Of a DNA stretch of 64,000 nucleotides, positions 58,591 to 64,000 are shown piece by piece (position 1 is the first letter of the stretch; every line of letters begins with the position of its first letter). The translations under genes and the position numbers were made by a program. Under the pieces are notes generated by a model that was given only the letters and a program-made list of their open reading frames with translations, did no database searches and had not been told where the DNA came from. Origin of the DNA: an uncultured Ardenticatenia bacterium (GTDB taxonomy: Bacteria > Chloroflexota > Anaerolineae > 4572-78 > NAK82); NCBI GenBank assembly GCA_937127125.1, contig CAKZLO010000010.1, positions 50,097-114,096 on the forward strand. The letters are read 5' to 3'.

Positions 58591-59565
58591 TCAGAGCCAC
58601 TCTAGCACCACCTTTACGACATTATCCTTGCGGCTGCGTACAAGTTCTATGCCCTCTGCGAAATGCTCTGCTGGTAGTCGTTGAGTAACTAAGCGCTGCA
58701 AAGGTAGCTCACCGCTCACTGCCAAGGACACGGCTTCGGACCAGGCACCAGCACTCGCATTGCTTCCGATCAGTTCGATCTCGCGATGTAACAGGTGATT
58801 CCATAGAAAATTTGCATGTGTTTCCTCATAATCCCCCAGGATTAGGATATGTCCTTCTGGGGCAATTATCTCAAGTGCGGCCTGTATGGCGCGTGATGAG
58901 CCACTCGCCTCGACAATGTTGGGGAAAGATCGCCCTTCAGTCTCCATAATAGCGGCGACCAGATCGTCGCCAGCTCGATGGTAGTTCACCGTGGCAGCGG
59001 CTCCGAACTCGCGCGCTAACGCTAGCCTGCCCGCGCGTCCTCCTATTACTACTACTTTCTCGACACCTGCGCGACGTAGTAACAGCAGCATGAGCAAGCC
59101 AATCACTCCGTCACCAAACACCAAAGCACCTCGCAGATCTGCTATGCGCAACCGCCTTATGCCTCGTACTGCGACCGCTAGAGGCTCAATAAGAGCTGCT
59201 AGGCTAAACGGAAAATCATCTGGCAATAGATAGAGATTAGGTGCTTCAGTGATTAGGTACTCGCCATAGCCACCTGGGTGCTCAAAGCCAATCTCGCCGC
59301 CATCCTTGAGAACGTTCTGGCCCACGCAGCGTCGGCCCAATAACTCGGATGGAACATTGTCACCGATTGCATCGATGATGCCAGACCACTCGTGTCCCGG
59401 GATAGCTGGAAAACCGGTTCTTTGCCAACCAGCGATCATATGTAAATCAGTAGCACAGATACCACAAGCACCTGTGCGAATTCGAACTTGCCCTGGTCCA
59501 GGTTGTGGCAATGGCCTTTCTGTCCAACGCAATTCCCCAGGACCTGTGTTCACGATTGCTCGCAT
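58591..59565 (-). CDS. Zn-dependent alcohol/polyol dehydrogenase (MDR family), second paralog
   Basis: From ATG 59565: MRAIVNTGPGELRW...GACGICATDLH...GHEWSGIIDAIG...VFGDGVIGLL. The 109 upstream ORF-track codons overlap the permease gene and are rejected. Confidence 0.8.
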   Translation of the reverse strand: MRAIVNTGPGELRWTERPLPQPGPGQVRIRTGACGICATDLHMIAGWQRTGFPAIPGHEWSGIIDAIGDNVPSELLGRRCVGQNVLKDGGEIGFEHPGGYGEYLITEAPNLYLLPDDFPFSLAALIEPLAVAVRGIRRLRIADLRGALVFGDGVIGLLMLLLLRRAGVEKVVVIGGRAGRLALAREFGAAATVNYHRAGDDLVAAIMETEGRSFPNIVEASGSSRAIQAALEIIAPEGHILILGDYEETHANFLWNHLLHREIELIGSNASAGAWSEAVSLAVSGELPLQRLVTQRLPAEHFAEGIELVRSRKDNVVKVVLEWL

Positions 59566-59588
59566 CGTGTTGACTATCGACTCTCGGT

Positions 59589-60446
59589 TCACCCTTTCAC
59601 CGCTCCCACGGTCACGCCTCGGATGAAGAAGCGCTGGAAGCCCAAGAAGATAGCTACAGTAGGTAAAGTGGCAATAATTGCGGCAGCAGACCGGATGTGC
59701 CATTTTCCAGCATACTGACCAGCCAACAGAGTCATACCCACAGTGATAGGAGCATTTGTCTTTTGGGGCACGATCACCAGCGCTTTGAAGTAGTCGTTCC
59801 AGATCCATGTGAATTGCAGGATAAAAGTGGCTGCCAAAGCAGCACCGCTTAGTGGTAGTACAATGCGCCAATAGATGCCCAAGATCGAGCAACCGTCAAC
59901 GCGTGCTGCGTCCAAAATGTCCTCATGGATGGTGGCGAAGAAGCGCGCTAACAAGAAGACGACAATTACCTGTCCATGTGCAGTGTGTACCAATATTATG
60001 CCTGGAATGGTATTGATCAGCCCTATGTTGTCCAGCAAGCGTACCAGACTAGGGATAATAGAAGCAAATGGGATAGTAATGCTAGCCACAATTAGCAGAT
60101 AGATCAGCTGACTTGCTGGAAGGCGTAAGCGCGCGATTGCATATGCACCCAAAGATCCAATAGCTACTGAAAACAAAGATGACGGCACAGTGATCAACAC
60201 AGTATTTATGAAATTTCCTATCACCGTCTGCCAGGCATCAACGAAGTTAGCTAAAGTTGGTGCGCGAGGCAACATCCAGGCAGTAGTGGCATAGATCTCT
60301 CCCTCGGGTTTGAGAGATGTAAAAATCACGCTTATCAGCGGTAATAGCCAGATCACCGATATCACTATAAGCGCAATATACAGCAGTGCACGTGCCAGAC
60401 GTTGTTTCAACCGACGCCATAGTGAAGAGTCTGAGGCTATGTTCAA
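59589..60446 (-). CDS. Carbohydrate ABC transporter permease (MalG-like)
   Basis: 6-TM BPD-transport pattern with EAA-like loop DILDAARVDGCSILGIYWRIVLP. ATGA-type overlap with the upstream permease. Confidence 0.85.
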   Translation of the reverse strand: MNIASDSSLWRRLKQRLARALLYIALIVISVIWLLPLISVIFTSLKPEGEIYATTAWMLPRAPTLANFVDAWQTVIGNFINTVLITVPSSLFSVAIGSLGAYAIARLRLPASQLIYLLIVASITIPFASIIPSLVRLLDNIGLINTIPGIILVHTAHGQVIVVFLLARFFATIHEDILDAARVDGCSILGIYWRIVLPLSGAALAATFILQFTWIWNDYFKALVIVPQKTNAPITVGMTLLAGQYAGKWHIRSAAAIIATLPTVAIFLGFQRFFIRGVTVGAVKG

Positions 60447-61423
60447 GCTGTTACCTCCTGAGAGATCATTTGGCGGACATACAGGATGCCACCCGCAGCT
60501 GCTAGAAGGAACATGATGATGCCGACAGCCGAGGCCATTCCTGCTTGATGTTCCAGAAACGTTTTTACATACAAATAAATCGAAAGCACCTCCGAAGCAC
60601 GTCCTGGGCCACCCTTCGTCAGAATATTGATCTGATCAAATACGTTGACCGAGAGCATCAAAGTCCATCCTAACACGACGGTGAATGCCGGACGCAATAA
60701 AGGGATGAGGATATGGCGGATAGTCTGCCATTGACTGGCACCATCGATTGTTGCTGCTTCGATGAGCTCGTCAGGGATGCTTCGTAGACCTGCCAGAAAA
60801 ACCACTAATGCAAAGCCGACGTGCACCCACGATGAGGCTATATTAATTGCAGGTAACACAAATGTGTTGCTCGCAAGCCATGGTTGTGCCAATACGCCTA
60901 GGTTCAGTGCGCGCAACATCTGATTGATCAAGCCACCTGCTGGGTGATACATCCACCCCCATATGAAAGCCACCACTGCAAAAGAGATCGCTGAAGGCAG
61001 GTAGAGAATCCCTTTAAAGATATTTTCACCTCCGATTCGTGCGTTAAGCATTAATGCGGCGACCAAGCCGATGACCACTGGAATAGTGACGTACATGGCG
61101 GACCAAATTAAGGTATTTTTAACAGCATTCCAAAAGTATGGGTCCTCAAAGAGGAGCGTGCGGTAATTGGCCAATCCAACAAAATGTTGTAGCGGTGACA
61201 AGCCATCCCAATTGAAGAAACTAGCATATAATACTTCAAGTAGTGGATACCACCAGAATAGAGCAACCAGAGCAACAGTAGGTAACATTAATAAGTAGCC
61301 CACCAAAATGCTCGTGGAGCTGCTCAGGTGCCAAATGTACGTGTCGCGTTTAATGCGGCAGACGGCAGAATGCAGCACAGTGTGCCAATCCTGCATTGCC
61401 TGAAAATATCCTTTCTTCTCCAT
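60443..61423 (-). CDS. Carbohydrate ABC transporter permease (MalF-like)
   Basis: EAA loop ELIEAATIDGASQWQTIRHILIPLLRP. ATG 61423 lies 7 nt after AGGAG. Confidence 0.85.
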   Translation of the reverse strand: MEKKGYFQAMQDWHTVLHSAVCRIKRDTYIWHLSSSTSILVGYLLMLPTVALVALFWWYPLLEVLYASFFNWDGLSPLQHFVGLANYRTLLFEDPYFWNAVKNTLIWSAMYVTIPVVIGLVAALMLNARIGGENIFKGILYLPSAISFAVVAFIWGWMYHPAGGLINQMLRALNLGVLAQPWLASNTFVLPAINIASSWVHVGFALVVFLAGLRSIPDELIEAATIDGASQWQTIRHILIPLLRPAFTVVLGWTLMLSVNVFDQINILTKGGPGRASEVLSIYLYVKTFLEHQAGMASAVGIIMFLLAAAGGILYVRQMISQEVTA

Positions 61424-61441
61424 TCCAAGGCTCCTGAGGGA

Positions 61442-61484
61442 CGAAGGAGCCGGCGCTCTCTGTTAACAAGCGCCGGCTCCTTCG
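61442..61484 (-). promoter_or_regulatory. Intercistronic 15-bp perfect stem-loop between binding-protein and permease genes
   Basis: CGAAGGAGCCGGCGC / GCGCCGGCTCCTTCG with a 13-nt loop. It sits 15 nt after the binding-protein stop and 18 nt before the permease ATG. No U-tract. Confidence 0.5.
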
Positions 61485-61498
61485 TTATGCACAGCCTG

Positions 61499-62830
61499 TC
61501 AACCTTGCTGGAGCCACTTCTGTACTGAGTCTTCGATTTCCTTGGTCACCTTGGCAATCGTGGCAGGTGTTGGATCGGCAACAAACTCCTGGATGGCCGG
61601 TTGCGCTACAGAGAAAGCAGCCTCGGGTAGATCCCAATCGAAGCCGAGAACACTTGGCAATGTATGGGCATCCTTAATCATCTTCTGGATCGGCTCTGGT
61701 TGATTGCTTACATCCACGTCCAGGTTGGCCATAGGAATGTTGGTGATATCCATGAAGATTTGTTGTGCCTCTTTGCTTCCCAGGAAATCAAGTAGCAACT
61801 TTGCCTCTTCAGGGTGCGGCGCGTTCTTGGAGATGCTAAAAGGCTCCGCGTTCACAATGCCAACCACTGGATCGCCCTCTTTCAGCACTGGGAAGGGGAA
61901 GTAATCGGCATCGCGGCCAGCCAGCTTAGCGTTTTCGAACGCCCACGGTCCACACGGACCGCACATGCCGATCTGATCGGAGGTCCAATAGGGATACAGG
62001 TCTGTAATATCGTAGGCGTTCATATCAGGGTAGAAGTATCCTTTATTGAGCCAATCGGCGAACTTCTCGAAAGCAGCTACCACTTCAGGATCGGTCCAGT
62101 GGGCTGAGCCATCAGCCAAGCCTTTCCAAGTCTTCACACCACCTAGGCGCAGAATCAGGTACTCCACCATATAAGGGGCGTGCCAGCGGTCGCGGTTGCC
62201 AATCCAGATTGCTGAGATGTTGTTTTTCTTAAACTCGGCCAGGATGACTTCAAGCTCATCCAAGGTCGTGGGCGGCTTAAGCCCCATCTTTTCAAATACA
62301 TCCTTGAAATACCATACACCGGGAAATTGATCAAGGTTGAAGGGTATTGACCACTTCCTGCCCTTCCAATCTGCAGTATCGCCCAACGGTCCAAACCGCT
62401 TGTCGTATCCCTTCTCCTCATACATCTCAGTGATGTCCATTACGAGACCCGCATCAATAGAGATACGTGCGAGGCTAGTTGTGCGCAGCTGAATAACATC
62501 AGGTGGACGCGAGGTCTTGATCACGTTGGGGAAGACTACTTTGGCATCTTGATGGAAGACAGCATTTGCTTCCACTTTGATCTCAGGGTAAGCCTTCTCG
62601 AACGCAGAAATCACAGCCTCAACCCCTTTGTTGCGTGGCTCTTCAGTGTAGATGTGCCAGAAGCTAACTAGTTTCTTCTCTTGAGCTGATACTGCTGGGT
62701 AGCTACTCGTGAATTGGTTTTTAGCAGCTGCACTGACCTGGGCAGGTACAAGGTTGGTAACGGCAAGGCTACCACCGACAAGAGCGGCTGTGCGCAAGAA
62801 CCTACGGCGGCTCAAAACTTTTGTTTTCAT
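61499..62830 (-). CDS. Extracellular solute-binding protein (family 1, sugar), TAT signal
   Basis: MKTKVLSRRRFLRTAALVGGSLAV twin-arginine signal. ATG 62830 lies 8 nt after AGGAGGG. SBP_bac_1-like body. Confidence 0.85.
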   Translation of the reverse strand: MKTKVLSRRRFLRTAALVGGSLAVTNLVPAQVSAAAKNQFTSSYPAVSAQEKKLVSFWHIYTEEPRNKGVEAVISAFEKAYPEIKVEANAVFHQDAKVVFPNVIKTSRPPDVIQLRTTSLARISIDAGLVMDITEMYEEKGYDKRFGPLGDTADWKGRKWSIPFNLDQFPGVWYFKDVFEKMGLKPPTTLDELEVILAEFKKNNISAIWIGNRDRWHAPYMVEYLILRLGGVKTWKGLADGSAHWTDPEVVAAFEKFADWLNKGYFYPDMNAYDITDLYPYWTSDQIGMCGPCGPWAFENAKLAGRDADYFPFPVLKEGDPVVGIVNAEPFSISKNAPHPEEAKLLLDFLGSKEAQQIFMDITNIPMANLDVDVSNQPEPIQKMIKDAHTLPSVLGFDWDLPEAAFSVAQPAIQEFVADPTPATIAKVTKEIEDSVQKWLQQG

Positions 62831-62956
62831 AGGATTTTCCCTCCTAACCTGAACCATTAGAGTTAGAGGTGGCCTTTTCCGGTTTGTTCATTACAACGTC
62901 GAGAAGCTCAGTCTTAATCTAGGTTATAATCACCCCCCTTCTACACCTGTTCGTGG

Positions 62957-63718
62957 CTAAAGCCTCTGCTCGAGTCGCCCCTCCTTGATGGCGAGCTTGA
63001 TGTCTTGGAGCGTTTCATCCAAGTGTTGGCGCATAGCAACAGCAGCAGTTTCAGGATCCTTAGCCTTGACTGCCTCGTAAATGCGGTAGTGAGCACGTAA
63101 TGCTCTGATCGCGCCAACAGGGGGTCCTCGAAAGGTGATCTCGCGACTCTTAACTAGGAGATCTTGTAGTGAACTAGTCACACTGATCAGAACAGGATTA
63201 TGGGTAGCTCGCACCAATGCATTATGGAATCCTACGTCGGCATCAACATAGCCGCGTGGCACCTCTGCTGCTTGTTCCATCTCTTGCAAGTAATCTTGCA
63301 TCTCACGAAGATTGTGATCAGTTCGACGTTCAGCTGCCAGCCGAGCTACCTCTATTTCTAGTATGGTGCGGAATTCCATTAAGTGGAACAATGTGCCTTC
63401 GTGGAGGCGAAAAACTGCGTTAAGGGAAGTGCTCAATGCGTCGGATGAATTGAGGGACACAATGACACCCTTGCCGTGCTGGACCTGTACCAGCCCACGT
63501 GTTTCCAACATCCTTAGTGCTTCACGCACCACTGTGTGGCTGACACCTAAGCGTTTCTCCAGCTCGGCCATAGGCGGCAACTTGTCGCCCGGACGCAAAC
63601 TGGACGACAAAATCATATGACTGATTTCGTCAGCAACCCGATGGGTCAAGTTATAACGTAGAATGCGCAATGCTGATAGCCCACTATCCTTTCGGAACTT
63701 TAGGTGTCGTGATATCAT
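62957..63718 (-). CDS. GntR-family transcriptional regulator, FadR/FCD subfamily
   Basis: wHTH PGDKLPPMAELEKRLGVSHTVVREALRMLETRGLV and a C-terminal all-helical FCD-like domain. The start is uncertain: in-frame ATGs at 63718, 63733 and 63748 and TTG at 63760 all lie inside an AT-rich palindrome cluster. Confidence 0.8.
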   Translation of the reverse strand: MISRHLKFRKDSGLSALRILRYNLTHRVADEISHMILSSSLRPGDKLPPMAELEKRLGVSHTVVREALRMLETRGLVQVQHGKGVIVSLNSSDALSTSLNAVFRLHEGTLFHLMEFRTILEIEVARLAAERRTDHNLREMQDYLQEMEQAAEVPRGYVDADVGFHNALVRATHNPVLISVTSSLQDLLVKSREITFRGPPVGAIRALRAHYRIYEAVKAKDPETAAVAMRQHLDETLQDIKLAIKEGRLEQRL

Positions 63719-63749
63719 ATGATATATTATCATATGATATGATATCATA
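63710..63749. promoter_or_regulatory. Cluster of overlapping AT-rich palindromes (candidate operator/promoter of the GntR gene)
   Basis: Perfect palindromes ATATCATATGATAT (63712-63725), TATCATATGATA (63728-63739) and TATGATATCATA (63738-63749), built from a reiterated ATGATAT heptamer. Confidence 0.35.
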
Positions 63750-63885
63750 GAACTTTTCAAAAGTCAATATTTTTCTGGCCCGCTTTTCTACAAATCAGAA
63801 GGTGAGCCAATTATCCATGCCTTTTGACTTTAGTGGGTAGCTGTGTTACACGTGCGCCTAGCCCAATACCTCTGCAAAGCCTGTC

Positions 63886-64000
63886 ATGTCATCTTTTCTG
63901 AGCATTGCCGCTAACATTGTTGCTCCTGTCTTCATTATTGCGGGACTCTCGGCGCTGGTTGATCGTCATTTCCGACCTGACGCATGTGCACTCTCCGGTA
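63886..64000 (+). CDS. Probable AEC (auxin efflux carrier)-family transporter, N-terminal fragment
   Basis: ATG 63886 opens MSSFLSIAANIVAPVFIIAGLSALVDRHF..., which resembles AEC-family N-termini. Runs off the window end. No clear RBS. Confidence 0.35.
   Translation, partial: MSSFLSIAANIVAPVFIIAGLSALVDRHFRPDACALSG

Noticed and set aside
59566-59892. N-terminal extension of the second ADH ORF (start at 59892)
   Set aside because: It overlaps the MalG-like permease gene and has a Cys/His-rich nonsense translation. The MDR-family N-terminus begins at ATG 59565.
62884-62896. TTGT-N5-ACAA (62884-62896) and CTTGT-N7-ACAAG (58533-58549) as GntR-type operators upstream of the binding-protein gene and the second ADH
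   Set aside because: They fit the loose GntR consensus (T.GT...AC.A). However, the arms are only 4-5 bp, so chance occurrence is likely in regions of this size. They are not supportable without binding data or conservation.
63817-63840. 7-codon mini-ORF (MPFDFSG) with GAAGGTGAG 10 nt upstream, in front of the AEC-like gene
   Set aside because: It is too short to distinguish from chance, and no attenuator structure was evident by eye.
1-64000. Search by eye of all intergenic gaps for tRNA, rRNA, tmRNA, SRP or RNase P RNA, and for transposase, integrase, toxin-antitoxin or defence genes
   Set aside because: I saw no T-loop-like GGTTCGAATCC motifs or cloverleaf-sized GC-rich blocks in the gaps, and no ORF with transposase/integrase or known defence-system motifs. 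A tRNAscan-SE/Infernal and DefenseFinder/PADLOC run would be the decisive check.

Overview
64-kb chromosomal segment of a moderately GC-rich bacterium. Protein styles (Pro/Thr-rich linkers, many GT-C/TPR envelope proteins) suggest a Chloroflexota-like organism, but this is inference only. (1) 1-14.2 kb, plus strand: a division/cell-wall (dcw) cluster, mraY (partial)-small orf-murD-ftsW-murG-cvpA-like-murC-murB-ddl-ftsQ-ftsA-ftsZ, followed by tilS. (2) 14.2-36.5 kb: an envelope/glycan region. One minus-strand array runs SDR epimerase -> giant Wzy_C(O-antigen-ligase-like)+TPR protein -> WecA-like transferase -> MFS -> CAP-domain protein -> PH/DUF1648 membrane protein -> DUF2723 GT-C enzyme. A second array runs TgpA-like transglutaminase -> GT39 (PMT/ArnT-like) -> ABC ATPase -> ABC-2 permease. 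A Ser/Thr/Pro-linker lipoprotein sits between the arrays. (3) 36.8-45.2 kb: metabolism (M20 dipeptidase, MBL hydrolase, OYE flavin reductase, glpCBA, class II aldolase). (4) 45.3-49.4 kb: a three-gene operon I cannot assign to any family. It encodes a ~48-residue-repeat protein, a polytopic coiled-coil protein, and a membrane-anchored protein with an 11 x 36-bp Pro/Thr/Tyr tandem repeat. This is the best candidate for an undescribed system. (5) 50.9-57.3 kb: a stand-alone rpoB (no rplL upstream, no rpoC downstream) with a large extra segment near its 3' end, followed by rho. Both genes have near-consensus sigma70-type promoters and ~300-nt leaders. (6) 57.4-63.8 kb: a sugar/polyol locus (two Zn-ADHs, two ABC permeases, a TAT-signal binding protein, a GntR/FadR regulator), then the start of an AEC-like transporter gene. 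I recognised no rRNA, tRNA, CRISPR array, transposase or integrase. All family assignments rest on motif recognition by eye; no database search was run.
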